Shown piece after piece: positions 12,285-25,950 of a stretch of 64,000 bases of DNA (positions within the stretch are counted from its first letter, which is position 1; each line of letters begins with the position of its first letter). Origin of the DNA: Octopus vulgaris (lineage: Eukaryota); contig OX597833.1 in the NCBI GenBank assembly GCA_951406725.2, positions 53,940,001-54,004,000 of the forward strand, given 5' to 3'. The position numbers were made by a program, and so were the translations under genes. Below the pieces are notes generated by a model. The model searched no databases, was not told the DNA's origin, and was given only the letters and a program-made list of their open reading frames with translations.

Positions 12285-13140
12285 CAAATTCCGGCACAAG
12301 GCCAGCAAGTTTAAGGATGGGGTAAGATCGATTTCATTACCCTCAGTGCTCAGCTGGTATACCTATTCTATCAACCCCGAAAGGATGAAAAGCAAAGTTG
12401 ACCTCAGTGGAATTTGAACTCAGAACGTAAAGATGGATGAAATACTGTTAAGCTTTTTGCTTGCTGTGCTAACAATTCTGCCAACTCATTAACTTATCTG
12501 GTGTCAAATAATCCTTTTTACTAAAGGCACAGGGCCTGAAAATTTGGGGGAGAGGACTAGCCGATAACATCAACCCCAGTGTGTTACTGGTACTTAATTT
12601 ATCAACCCTGAAAGGATGAAAGGCAAAGTCAACCTAAGTGGAATTTGAACTCAGAACATAGAGACGGGTGAAATACTTATTTCTTTACTACCCACAAGGG
12701 GCCAAACACAGAGAGGACAAACAGATTAAGTCAATTTTATCAACCCCAGTGCGTAACTGGTACTTATTTATTTGACCCCGAAAGGATGAAAGGCAAAGTC
12801 GACCTCTGCGGAATTTGAACTCAGAACGTAGCAGCAGACGAAATACTGCTAAGCATTTCACCAGGTGTGCTAATAATTTTTGCCAGCTCGCTACCTTAAT
12901 CTGATGCCAAATAATCCTTTCTACTATAGGCACAAGGCCTGGAATTTGAGGGGAGAGGGAGGCCAGTCAATTTGATCAACTCCACTATGCAATTGGTACT
13001 TAAGTTATCAACTCCGAAAGGATGAAAGGCAAAGTTGACCTCGGCAGAATTTGAACTCAGAACGTAAAGACAGACGAAATACGCCTAAGTATTTGGCCCA
13101 GAGTGCTAACACTTCTGCCAGCTTGTCGCCTTAATCTGAT
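12285..13140 (-). mobile_element. Cluster of SINE family B copies (gttctgagttcaaattcc...gcctttcatcctttcggggtcgat)
   Basis: Four partial to full copies on minus. Confidence 0.85.
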
Positions 13141-13401
13141 GCCAAATAAGGACAACAAAAACTCGTTCTAGAATTCAGATCTAACCCAGTTTCCCAAATT
13201 GTCCCAATCAGCTGTGAGCTGTTTTGTAATCATTAATTTGATGCTTCAAACACCTCACAACTGATTGCTTATCATCCAATTTATTACTCCCGTGACTGTT
13301 ATCATCATCATCATCATCATCATCACCATTGTCATCATTGTCATCACTCTTGTCATCATTGCTGTTGTGATCCTTATTAGCATTGTTGCCATTATTATTG
13401 A

Positions 13402-14320
13402 TGGCAAGCTGGTGGAATCGTTAGCACGCCGGGCGAAATGCTTAGCGGTATTTCGTCTGTCTTTACGTTCTGAGTTCAAATTCCACCGAGGTCGACTTTG
13501 CCTTTCATCCTTTCGGGATCGATTAAATAAGTACCAGTTATGCACTGGGGTTGATGTAATCGACTTAATCCGTTTGCCTGTCCTTGTTTGTCTCTTCTGT
13601 GTGTAGCCCCTTGTGGGTAGTAAAGAAATAGGCATTTCATCTGCCGTTACGTTCTGAGTTCAAATTCCGCCAAGGTCGACTTTGCCTTTCATCCTTTCGG
13701 GGGGTCGATAAATTAAGTACCAGTTACGCACTGGTGTCGATATAATCAACTTAATCCGTTTGTCTGTTCTTGTTTGTCTCCTCTGTCTTTAGCCCCTTGT
13801 GGGTAGTAAAGAAACAGGCATTTCATCTGCCGTTACGTTCTGAGTTCAAATTCCGCCGAGGTCGACTTTGCCTTTCATCCTTTCGGGATCGATTAAATAA
13901 GTACCAGTTATGCACTGGAGTTGATATAATCGACTTAATCCGTTTGTCTGTCCTTGTTTGTCCTCTCTGTGTTTAGCCCCTTGTGGGTAGTAAAGAAATA
14001 GGCATTTCATCTGCCGTTTCGTTCTGAGTTCAAATTCCGCCGAGGTCGACTTTGCCTTTCATCCTTTCGGGATCGATGAAATAAGTACCAGTTATGCACT
14101 GGGGTCGATATAATCGACTTAATCCATTTGTCTGTCCTTGTTTGTCCTCTCTGTGTTTAGCCCCTTGTGGGTAGTAAAGAAATAGGCATTTCATCTGTCT
14201 TTATGTTCTGAGTTCAAATTCTACCGAGGTTAACTTTGCCTTTACATACTGGAGCTGATCTAATCGACTGGCCCTGCCTCCCACCAAAGTTCAGGCCTTG
14301 TACCTATATCAGTAAAAAGA
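13402..14320 (+). repeat. Tandem array of SINE-B body, ~184-bp period
   Basis: gttctgagttcaaatt at 13467, 13651, 13837, 14021, 14205. Confidence 0.9.
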
Positions 14321-14329
14321 ATCATTATT

Positions 14330-15740
14330 GGTAAGCTGGCAGAATTGTTAGCATGCCAGGCAAAATGCTTTGTGGTATTTCGTCCCATCTTTACATTCTG
14401 AGTTCAAATGCTGTCGAGGCCAAATTTGCCTTTCATCCATTCGGGGTTGTTAAAATCAGTACCAGTTGAACACTGGGGTTGATGTAATCAACTTAACCCC
14501 TCCCTGAATTACCCTTGTGCCGAAATTTGAAATCATTATTATTGTTATCACGAAGGTGGTGAGCTGGCAGAATCATTAGCATGTTGGACAAAATAGTGAC
14601 CTTTCTTCCAACTCTTTATATCTTTACATTCTGGGTTCAAATTCCACCGAGGTCAACCTTGCTTTTCCTCCTTTCAGGCTTGATATAAACAGTACCAATT
14701 GACAGACAGACACTTCACGAATCATATACACTCATAGGGATGGTTACCATGGTGCATATATTCTCCCCTGGATGGGATGCCAGTCTGTTGAAGGGTTACT
14801 CATTTTTGGACAGCTGAGCAGACTAGAGTAATGTGAAATGAAGTGTTTTGCTCAAGAACACAATGCGTTGCCCAGTCCAGGAATCAAAACCACAATGTTA
14901 CAATCATGAGCCCCACACCCTAACCACTAAACCATGCACCTTCACATTGAGTTCTGGGTCAATGTAATTGATTAGCTCCTCTGCACAGAATTTCAGGTCT
15001 TGTACTTATAGTAGGAAGAATTATTATTGCCATGAAGGTTATGAGCTAACAGAATCATTAGAGCATCCGGTAAATGCTCTAGAGTAAGGCGGCGGGTTGA
15101 CAGAAATGTTAGCATGCCGGGCGAAATGCGTAGCGATATTTCATCTGCTGCTACGTTCTGAGTTCAAATTCCGCTGAGGTCAACTTAGCTTTTCATCCTT
15201 TCGGGGTCGATTAAATAAGTACCGGTTACTGGGGTCGATGTAATCGACTTAATCCTTTTGTCTGTCCTTGTTTGTCCCCTCTATGTTTAGCCCCTTGTGG
15301 GCAGTAAAGAAATAAGAATCGTTAGAGCATCTGACATAATGCTTCGTGGCATTTCATCTCAGTTCAAGTTCCATCTGAGCTAAAATTCCATTGTCTTTCA
15401 TTCTTTCAGGGTCGATAAAATCAGTAGCAACTGAGAACTGGGGTCAGTAGTATAATTGCTTAAACCTCTCCCTACAAAGATTTAAGGCCTTCTGCCTATA
15501 ACAGAAAGAATTATTATTGATTTCAATTTTCAAATTTTGGCATAAGGTCAGCAATTTTAGGGGTGGGGTGGGGGTAAGAAGATTACATCAACCCCAGTTT
15601 TCAACTGGTACTTATTCTATCAGCCCCCAAAACGATGAAAAGCAAAGTCAATCTCAGTGGGATTTGAACTCAGAATGTAAAGACAGATAAAAAAACCGCT
15701 AAGCATTTTGCCTGGTGTGCTAACGATTCTGCCAGCTCAT
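14330..15740. mobile_element. Further SINE B copies with an interspersed SINE C (~14760-14945, minus)
   Basis: Repeated B-family motifs. Confidence 0.75.
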
Positions 15741-15994
15741 TGCCTTGAGAAAGAATTATCATTGTTATCATTCTTGTCATCTTTATGATCATCATTATTA
15801 TCATCATTATTACCAACAAATTCAAGGCAGCAAGCTTGTAGAATTGTTAGCATGCCAGACAAAATACTTGGCATGCCAGACAAACTTTCAGGTCTCTGGC
15901 CTACGGTAGAAAGGATTATTGTCAACATACTTAGCTGACGGATTTGCAGAATTGTTAGAGCATCTAAAACAAAGAAAAAAAGGCTTTTTTATCT

Positions 15995-16625
15995 TTTATC
16001 TTTTACTTGCTTCAGTCATTAAACTGCGGTCATGCTGGGGCAATGCCTTGAAGAATTTTAGTTGGAAGAATTGACTCTTGGGTTTATTTTTATCTTTAAA
16101 GCCTGGTACTTATTCTATCGGTCATTTTTGTTGAATTAGAGAATTAAACAAACCAACACTGGTTCTCAAGCATGTGTGAGCAACAAACACTCACACACAC
16201 ACACACATACACACACATGCACACACACATATGACAGGCTTCTTTCAGTTTCTTATTTCTTTACTGCCCACAAGGGGTTAAATATAGAGGGGACAAACAT
16301 GGACAGACAAACGGATAAAGTCGATGATATCGACCCCAGTGCATAACTGGTACTTATTTAATTGACCCTGAAAGGATGAAAGGCAAAGTTGACCTCGGCA
16401 GAATTTGAACTCAGAACGTAGCGGCAGACGAAATACCGCTAAGCACTTCGCCTAGCGTGCTAACGTTTCTGCCAGCTCGCCACCTTTCAGTTTCTGTCTA
16501 CCAAATCCACTCACAAGACTTTGGTCAGCCTGAGGCTATAGTAGAAGACATTTGCTCAAGGTGCCATGTTGTGGGTTTGAACCCAGAATCATGTGGACGA
16601 GAAGCAAGCTTCTTACCACACAATA
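15995..16625 (-). mobile_element. SINE A with nested SINE B (~16254-16483)
   Basis: TSD ctttcagtttct flanks the nested copy. Confidence 0.85.
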
Positions 16626-17175
16626 GGCTCTTTACAGTTTTGATGCTTCAAATTAGGGATTACAAGCAATTGTAATTACAAGCAATTGCAGCTGATTGGG
16701 ACAACTTTGGTAACTGGCCCTGGTCTGAGTTCGAGAAAGGCTTTTAGCTATTGTTTAGCTTCAATTTTGCTCTTATTGAGTTGATTTATGATCAAAGGTA
16801 ATCCAAATGTGACCTTCCTGTCTTTTTTTTTTTTTACCTATGTATTAGGAACCAAAGATCTCATTATTCAATGTGCTCTACATTAAGCCCTGCCAAGGTC
16901 AACTTTCACTTTCATCCCTCTGGGATTTGATAAAATAAACTACCTGTGAAATACTGGGACCATTGTCACCAACTAAACCCCCTCCTCTCAAAATTACCAG
17001 TCTGTGTTTAAATAAGAGACAATTACCAAAGACGATAAACTAACAGAAGCATTAGAGTCTTGGACAAAATGCTGTTGCAGTATTTGGTCCAAATCTTTAC
17101 AATCTGAGTTCAAATCCTGCTGAAATCTACTTTGCTTTATAGCCCTCTGGGCTCAATAAAGCAAAGTGCCATTAG

Positions 17176-17382
17176 CCCTTTTATCACAGTATTTATTTTG
17201 AGATGCTCTGTGTTTCTTTCAATTAATTCTAAATTAATTAGTAAAATAACTTAGTTATCATTAAGTTGGTGTTAGGATCATAAATTGTGACTAAGGTTTG
17301 GTGGAAGATTTTAATTCAGAACTTATGAAAACAAGACATTTGTACTACTGAGCCAGAGACGGTTTCAGCCAGGCTGAAAGGG
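17176..17382. mobile_element. piggyBac-type MITE inserted in a SINE B
   Basis: Ends TTAG|CCCTTT and AAAGGG|TTAA. Confidence 0.6.
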
Positions 17383-20300
17383 TTAAAGAGCCGGGGTCTC
17401 CCCTCAAAATCACTGACCTTGGGCCTAAATTTAGAAACTGTTATTATCAACATAAGTTGTCATCATAGTTGCTATAATCAATATTGCTATCATTGTAATC
17501 AACATTGTGTTCGTTATAGTTTGTCCCATTTGAAACTCATTGCATCTAGGCATTGATAACACTGTGTAACACATTCTTTGCCCTTGGGTTGCGACTGTTA
17601 TTTCCTATTTGCTTACCCCTAAAAAAAAGGAATAAAAAGGACCCCCTTCGATCATGAATGATCATGGGATTGCACCTAGAGAGTTCCCGTCCTAGGCATA
17701 AGTCTGGGCAAGGTTGTTTTTATGCAAGACCAGTGGTCACCCATACATACTAGGCTCCTCACTCCATGCACTGATGTTATCCAAGTGAAAGGTAAAGGCA
17801 GATACAGCTTGGCACCAGTGATATCATGACTCATTTCTAGAGTTGAATGAACTGGAGCAATGTGAAATAAAGTGTCTTGCTCAAGAACACAACACAGCTC
17901 AGTCCAGGAATCGAACTCACCACCTCATGATAGTGAGCCCGGTGCTCTAACTACTGTGCCATGTGCCTAGAAAGCATGAAAAATGATTGATATTTTCTTT
18001 AAACTTTTTGTTACATTTATTTAAACCTCAAAGAATCCCTCTCAACACATGGCTATGGTGCTCCCCCACTACTCCTGTTCATGATCAGTGATGCATATAT
18101 TGTCTGCCATTAACAGACATGCTCAATTGGTTATGGTCAAGCAAATTTGTGGTATTGAGCAGAATATTTGCTATAACGATATTTCTGCTTCAGCAATTCA
18201 GCGCTGAATCAGTTTGAAGTGTAATGGAAAATAAGTCAGTTTCAAAATATTGATGTCCAGGTCACAAAAGCAAAGTTTGAAGGGAATAGTAGCAATTTCC
18301 TTTGATTTCTAGATAGAAGCAAATATGAAATAACATTTATTGGCCAAAGACAAGAAAGATTTTAATTTTGTTACACAGTGTAATCAAAGGAACGAGTTTT
18401 TGAAGACACCAATGCACAGTTGAACAAACAGTTAAAAACAGCAGAAAAATCTCCCTCAAAATCACACCCTGCCATTATTGAAATTAATAAATTAGATAAT
18501 GTAGACACAGTTCCACAATGCCTCAGGGAAGAAAAGAGACAGGATGACAACACTTGAAATGAGTCTTTGATCAAAGATCTGCTTGTTTAGAGAACAACTT
18601 GGACCAAACAGTAACATCTATCAAGGCCTTAATCATCTCTGATATATTCTGATGACAGTTTCTTGCTTCATCATCATCATCATCATCATCATTTAGCGTC
18701 CGCTTTCCATGCTAGCATGGGTTGGACGGTTCAACTGGGGTCTGGGAAGCCAGAAGGCTGCACCAGGCCCAGTCTGATCTGGCAATGTTTCTACGGCTGG
18801 ATGCCCTTCCTAACGCCATGCCCTTCCTAACGCCATGCCCTTCCTAACGTCAATTGCTTATTGCTAAATTATATTTGTATATTTGACTCCCAATTTGTGT
18901 AATTTTTCCCGATGTATTATATCTAATTACCCTTCATATTTTTTTTTTTTATTTGTCTAATAACTCTCACTCAAGAAATAAATTTAGAATAATAACAAGC
19001 ACTCAAAGACGGTGTTAAAATTTGTGAAGAAACACAAACTGTGAAGTTCTCATAAAAATAATTAACTATTGGAAATATATAACAGATTCCACATTATAGT
19101 CCTTATCATGTACTGCAACAATCCTCTATAATGGTTAATTTACTTCCAAACACTATGTGCAATAATCAAAAACTTGAAAGAAAATGAGTCAATTTTGTAT
19201 TTGGTACAATTGATGTAAGTAAATTAAATCCACTTTCTTCTTCAGTTTTCTATTTCTTCATAATTACCCGCCAAATATAAAAGGATACCGGAATCAACGT
19301 AATTTGGCTGATGTTGGATTAAACTTATAATTTGGGAGAAATGTCTTTCTGATATGTTTGTAGAATAGCAACACAAAGTGTGAGAGAAGGAGAAAAGAAA
19401 AAGAGAAAGAAGAAAAGCACTATTTGGCTGTGAATTAAAATTAGCTTTTTGTTGTAGAAATTCTTCTGTAATACAAAATATTTGTCAACCACATTTTGAT
19501 AAAAATATGCTAAAATTAGAATTTTTAAGAATTTTCTAGACACTTTAAACTTGAATAATTGTTTTCTTTTACTAAAAGTGTCATACTCCCAACTAATTAA
19601 TGAGTATCTTTCTTTACTGTAGTATAGATGTACCATGTCTCAGAGCATAATATGATGGCTATAGCCCAGTTTCAAATCCAAGGCTATGTAATGTTCAGTT
19701 CACCAGCTCAGCTTACCCTTGTGACCTGTGTATCAAATAACTAATTGACTGAGGAATTACAACCGTTTTTCGTGGTCTGCTACCACAACAGCTCCTTTAT
19801 AGGATCCAGTTAGCTCAAGACATCATCAGGGGGAACCACGTCTGGTTTCGGCCCCTACTCCTCTACCGTTTTGACATGGCGCCCCCCCCCCTTTTGGAGG
19901 TGTCTTCAGCTCTGGTGTTGGGTGCATGTTTTCTTTTTTCTTCTTTCTTCTGTTCCCTGGCCTCTTTGATGTATCGTCAGCAAGTGTCAGCCATTGACTG
20001 ACTGACTTGTCAAATTTTTCCCGTTAAATTTTTCCCTTTTTCCTATCAGTGGCAGACGTCACTAAAAAAACTCTTATATATTTGCAAAGCAGGCCTTGTC
20101 TTTCATCGTGACCTGGTGGTTACTGCCCATTGATAAGAGACAATAATCTCGAAACTGGTCCGTGCGTATCACTCAGGCTTACGAGGAAGGGATGGCCTTC
20201 CTTTGCAAATACTTCAAGGGCACAGAAAGTGTGCCTAAAGCCAGCTGGAGACGATGATCTCCTGGGGCTAAAAAGCTACAGTAACACCCCCACTTTGTGG

Positions 20301-20699
20301 TTAGCCATACTGAGATGGCTTTTATACTTTACATTGTCGAGCGGTTGCTGTTTACATCTCGCTCTGAGATTTAATAATGCTTACAGTCAGTTTTTTTAAA
20401 TCAGTGGCAGACGTCACTAGAAAAACTCTTATATATTTGCAAAGCAGGCCTTGCCTTTCATCGTGACCTGGTGGTTAGCCCCTTGTGGGTAGTAAGAGAA
20501 ATATATAATGGTTGTATACTAGATGCAGGCCTAGCTGTTGGGGGTATTTGTCTCCCTTCGTGAATATACTTAAGGACACAGTAAGTGTGTCTAAAGCCAG
20601 CTGGAAGCGACGATGCTTCCTAGGGTTAAACTAGCAGTGGTGTAATCCCCTACTGTCACGTTAAGCCATGACAGATGGCTTTTATACAACCATTATAAT

Positions 20700-21290
20700 T
20701 AATGATTTCTTTCTTGATAAAAGTTTGCTGATGATACTTCTTTGTATTCGTGCTTCAATGAGGTGTTTGATTCATCTAATCAACCAAAAATAGTTGGTTC
20801 TCTTGAGCACGACCCATATTCAGGGACTGATTGATGTTTCCAGCAGTTGGTTGTCTTCAACCGTGCAAAAAGCCATATTACTTTCCATCAAATATTGCAG
20901 GAACTCTGATGACATTCTTATTTCTATGTCTAACACTGTTCTTCTGAAGTCTTCTCATTTTGTCTTTTTATTTTCTTTTAACCTTACCTTTTTCTTGAGA
21001 TCTTATCTGGCATGATTATATCAGATCTATTGCTAAAACAGCCACTATCTACAAAGGTTGGTTCTGTATATCAAAGTTGTCATTATCTTGCCTCCGAATC
21101 TCTTCATTTGTACAAATCACTTATTCACCTTTGCACGGAATACTTTTACCAATTTTGAGTTAGTGTCCCTGCTGACATTCTTTTTCTCCTTGAGCAAGTT
21201 CAAAGCGAGTTTCTAACACTATTGATCTTGTTTTGGCAGCTAAACTCCAGTCCTTGACGCATGACCAAAACATCGCTTCTACATTTCAAT
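20700..21290 (+). mobile_element. Old CR1/L2-group LINE RT fragment
   Basis: FADDTSLYS; DLIWHDYIRSIAKTA; LYKSLIHLCTEY; many stops and frameshifts. Confidence 0.75.
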
Positions 21291-22222
21291 TCAATAAATA
21301 TTCCCATGCTTATTGTTCAGCCTAACCTTCTCTTATGCTTTCTAAATTTACTAATCAATTGACTTATCTGTTTGCTAAATCTCACCCTTTCATTCTTGTT
21401 ATTCCCAGGTGTGGCTCTATGGTAAGATGTTTGCTTTTTTTCTCAACCGCAAGAGTCAGGGTTCAGTCCCTGTGCATGGCCCCTTGGGCAAGTGTTTTCT
21501 ACTATAACTTTGGGCTGACCTAAGCCTTGTAAATAGATTTAGTAGTCAGAAACTGAAAGAACTTCAACTTGTGTGTGTGTGTGTGTGTGTGTATGTGTGT
21601 GTGTGTGTGTGTCTTTGTACCACTGCTTGACAGCTGGTTTTGGCATTAGGAAGGGCATCCTGCTGTTGAAACCATGTCTAAGCAAACACTGGAGCACAGT
21701 GCAATCCTTGGGTTTATTGGATTCTGTCAAACTGCCTAGCCCATGTCAGCATATGTTCAATGATGATGATGGTGATGGTGATAGTGGTGATGATGACGAT
21801 GACGACGACCTGATGGGTGAATGTCATTCCAGGTGAGATTGGAATTCCGAATGTCAAAATTAAAAAATGCAAAATATTTACACCTGGTGCACTACTATTT
21901 CTTATATTCTACTACGTTTGCTACTCATCATAAAAAACACCATTTGAGCATGGCTGTTGCCAGTACTCCCTGACTGGCCCTCTTGCCAGTGGCCCTCATG
22001 CCGGTGGCACGTAAAGCACCCAAAACACTTTCAGAGTGGTTGGCGTTAGGAAGGAGATCCAGCTGTAGAAACTCTGCCAGATCAGATTGAAGCCTGGTGC
22101 AGCCATCTGGTTCGTCAGTCCCCAGTCAAATCGTCCAACCCATGATAGCATGGAAGGCGGACATTGAACAACAACAATGATGATGATGATGATGATGATA
22201 TACACACACACACACACACACA

Positions 22223-22608
22223 GGTGCAGGTGTGGCTGTGTAGCATGAAGCTTGCTTCCCAACCACATGGTTCCGGGTTCAGTCCCACTTCATGTCACCT
22301 TCAGTGAGTGTCTTTTACTCTGGACTCAGGCTGACCAAAGGCTTGTGAGTGGATTTGGTAGACAGAAACTGTAAAAAGCCCATCGTATATGTGTGTGTGT
22401 GTCAGTATTTGTCACCTCTTCATCGCTTGACAACCAGTATTGGTGTGTTTATGTCCCCATATCTTAGCGGTTTGGCAAAAGAGACTGAGAGAATAAGTAC
22501 TAGGCTTACAAAGAATAATTCATGGGGTCGAATTGTTCAACTGAAGGCGGTGCTCCAGCATGGCTGCAGTTAAAATGACTGCTTTGAATGAATAAAAGAA
22601 TAAAAGAA
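22223..22608 (+). mobile_element. SINE family A
   Basis: Family sequence. Confidence 0.85.
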
Positions 22609-22629
22609 TATATATACACACACACATAA

Positions 22630-22681
<52 letters not shown>

Positions 22682-22683
<2 letters not shown>

Positions 22684-23087
22684 TCTTTTTTACTCTTTTA
22701 CTTGTTTCAGTCATTTGACTGCGGCCATGCTGGAGCACCACCTTTAATCGAGCAACTCGACACCGGGACTTATTCTTTTGTAAGCCCAGTACTTATTCTA
22801 TCGGTCTCTTTTGCCGAACCGCTAAGTAACGGGGACATAAACACACCAGCATCGGTTGTCAAGCAATGCTAGGGGGACAAACACAGACACACAAACACAC
22901 ACACGCATATATATACATATATACGACGGGCTTCTTTCAGTTTCCGTCTACCAAATCCACTCACAAGTCTTTGGTCGGCCTGAGTCCAAAGTAGAAGACA
23001 CTTGCCCAAGGTGCCACTCAGTGGGAATGAACCCGGAACCATGTGGTGCGTAAACAAGCTACTTACCACACAGCCACTCCTGCGCCA
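22682..23087 (-). mobile_element. SINE family A, full length
   Basis: Family sequence. Confidence 0.9.
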
Positions 23088-23115
23088 TATATATATATAT
23101 ATATATATGTATATG

Positions 23116-23198
<83 letters not shown>

Positions 23199-23203
23199 CG
23201 ATT

Positions 23204-23259
<56 letters not shown>

Positions 23260-23619
23260 TAAATACACACTCACACACACACACATATTATGTAGGTGGG
23301 GTAAAATCCCAGCTGTGTCCTCTTGAAGCACATCTTCTCATTCCAGTATTACAATCCTGTGTATGTAGCTGCTGTAGTGATTGTATTGATGTAAGAGATG
23401 TTTTAGAGTTGAAATTTGTGGAAATATTGTTTGCAGAGCTATTTTATAACAAACCAGGAAATTGGAAAATATTTTGGTATTATATATATGTATAAATATA
23501 TATATATATACTTGGAAAAGGATGCGTGGCGTTCGATCATATAATAACATAAATAATATATAAATATATGCATATATATATACATATATGTACATATCTA
23601 CATCTATATGTATATATAG

Positions 23620-23870
23620 ATGCATATATGGGTACAAGACATAAAAAAAAAACGTTGAACACAATGAGAAACAAAAACATAAAAACAAAAACATGGAAAC
23701 GAACTATTTTTTTCAAACAATGAAAAAAGCAGAGTACAAGACATACAACACAAGGAATATTCCCCTTCTTCAGTTGTCCCTGTTTCGTCTACTCTGCGTT
23801 TTGAAGGTAAGGACAAGACGCGACTTCATTGAAACAGTCCTTCCCGCAAAGCAAATTAAATAAAATTTGG
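23620..23870. repeat. Unclassified interspersed repeat
   Basis: Reverse-complement partial copy at ~54555-54705 (gaaacagggacaactga...ggggaatatt). Confidence 0.65.
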
Positions 23871-23888
23871 ATATATATATATATATAT

Positions 23889-24309
23889 AGGCGCAGAGGT
23901 GGCTGTGTGGTAAGTAGCTTGCTAACCAACCACATGGTTCCGGGTTCAGTCCCACTGCGTGGCATCTTGGGCAAGAGTCTTCTGCTATAGCCCCGGGCTG
24001 ACCAATGCCTTGTGAGTGGATTTGATAGACGGAAACTGAAAGAAGCCTGTCGTATATATGTATATCTATATATGTGTGTGTATGTGTTTGTGTGTCTGTG
24101 TTTGTCCCCTCCAACATCGCTTGACAACTGATGCTGGTGTATTTACGTCCCCGTCACTTAGCGGTTCGGCAAAAGAGACCGATAGAATAAGTACTGGGCT
24201 TACAAAGAATAAGTCCCGGGGTCGATTTGCTCGACTAAAGGCGGTTCTCCAGCATGGCCACAGTCAAATGACTGAAACAAGTAAAAGAGTAAAAAAAGAG
24301 TAAAAGAGT
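23889..24309 (+). mobile_element. SINE family A, full length
   Basis: Family sequence, (TA)n on both sides. Confidence 0.9.
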
Positions 24310-25187
24310 ATATATATATATATATACTAGTTTAAAAGCTGCCCTATTAGGTGGCTCTTAAGCTAGTTCCTGTGGAGGGCTCTTCATTTAGGCCTTGGGC
24401 CCAACAATGACACTTCATGCATTGAATAAATATTAAATTTTATTAAACTTGACCAATATTTTTCAAGCCCGGAACAATTTTAATCAAAAGAAAGATAGAA
24501 TTTGTTGACTTGGAACTTATTGCAAAGCTGCATGATAAACAAGACATTTTGTCTTCCCATTCGGGGCTCAGTACAATTTTCTTCTGTCTAACCTCTATCT
24601 TCCTCTTTCTCTTTCTGTTGATTGTTTTCAACCATCACCATCACCTCTGTGTGTAGCCCCTTGTGTGCAGTAAAGAAATAAGAAACAGATGTCTTGTTGT
24701 AAGGGAGGTACATAGTTACATAACCACAGAGAGAGAGAGAGAGGTATGGAGGGAGATAAAGAGAGAGAAAGAAAGGGAGAGAGAGAGAGAGTGTGGGTAA
24801 GAGAGTTAATGAGAAAGAGGGCAGAAACAGGTGTGCTGCTATAAAGGAGATACTTGGTTACCTAGCTGAAAGGGAGAGCAAAAGAAGGAGAGAGAAAAAG
24901 TGATCAAACATATCTACAAATAAGGCTCTCATTGGCCCCCCCAGGCTGTGGTAGAAGACACTCTTGCCCAAGGTGCCAGGCAGTGAGATTGAACCTGAGA
25001 CCATGTAGCTGAGAAACAAACTTCTTATCTCACTGTCATATTGATTATTAATCATCAACAAAGAAACGAAAGCGCTAAGATTTTCTTGTCTAGAATAAAA
25101 CCTACATGAATATATAAGATGTAAATTGTATTTTGCTGCAATGCATTCTGGGAAGAACTAATGTTCACTAACATTGGCAGCACTTAC

Positions 25188-25307
25188 AATAGATACAGCA
25201 TATAATTAATTCATCTCTAAATCTTGTTAATGAGGTAACCCTTTCATGTTTATGGTAGCTAGAAGCATATATAACTGTTCCATATAGAACTATTCCGACC
25301 GTTAATC
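25188..25307 (-). CDS. Candidate internal exon (G)LTVGIVLYGTVIYASSYHKHERVTSLTRFRDELIICCIY of an unidentified gene
   Basis: Acceptor ctttaactcattcataacag, perfect donor GTAAGT, 120 nt symmetric phase 1-1, open frame, non-repetitive. Confidence 0.45.
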
Positions 25308-25614
25308 CTGTTATGAATGAGTTAAAGTGAATAACAGCCTTTGTTCTTATTTGTAATAATATAAGCCAGCAATCTGGTGGAATTCTTAGCATGCCGGGCA
25401 AACTTCCTAGTTGGCATTTTTTTTCCACCTTTGTGTTCTGAGTTCAAATTCCGCTGAGGTCGACATTGCCTTTCATCACTTTGGGGTTGATAAATTAAGT
25501 ACCAGTTGAATAGGGTGGGGGTGGATCGATGTTGAATTTCAGGCCTTGTGTCTATAGAAGAAATGATTATGTATATTAATATTAATATAAGTCAGCAAAA
25601 TGGCATAGCTGTTG

Positions 25615-25768
25615 GTGGCTGTGTGGTAAGTAACTTGCTTACCAGCCACATGGTTCTGGGTTCAGTCCCACTGCGTGGCACCTTGAGCAAATGTCTTCTA
25701 CTATAGTCTCAGGTTGACCAAAACCTTGTGAGTGGATTTGGTAGATGGAAACTGAAAGAAGCCTGTCG

Positions 25769-25799
<31 letters not shown>

Positions 25800-25950
25800 G
25801 TATGTGTGTGTATATGTTTGTGTCTGTGTTTGTCCCCACCAACATTGCTTGACAACTGGTGTGTTTACGTGCCCACAACTTAGCGGTTCAGCAGAAAGAG
25901 ACCGATAGAATAAGTACTAGGCTTACAAAGAATAAGTCCTGGTATCGATT
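25615..25950 (+). mobile_element. SINE family A
   Basis: Family sequence. Confidence 0.85.

Noticed and set aside
13402-14320. Regularly spaced repeats suggestive of a CRISPR array
   Set aside because: Whole 184-bp units repeat with no unique spacers; SINE-derived; eukaryotic context
23760-23840. GAAAC and CTGAAGA words on minus
   Set aside because: Spacing and stems do not fit any hammerhead topology
23889-23960. tRNA gene-like A/B boxes
   Set aside because: SINE heads; no full cloverleaf, and the sequence continues into the SINE body
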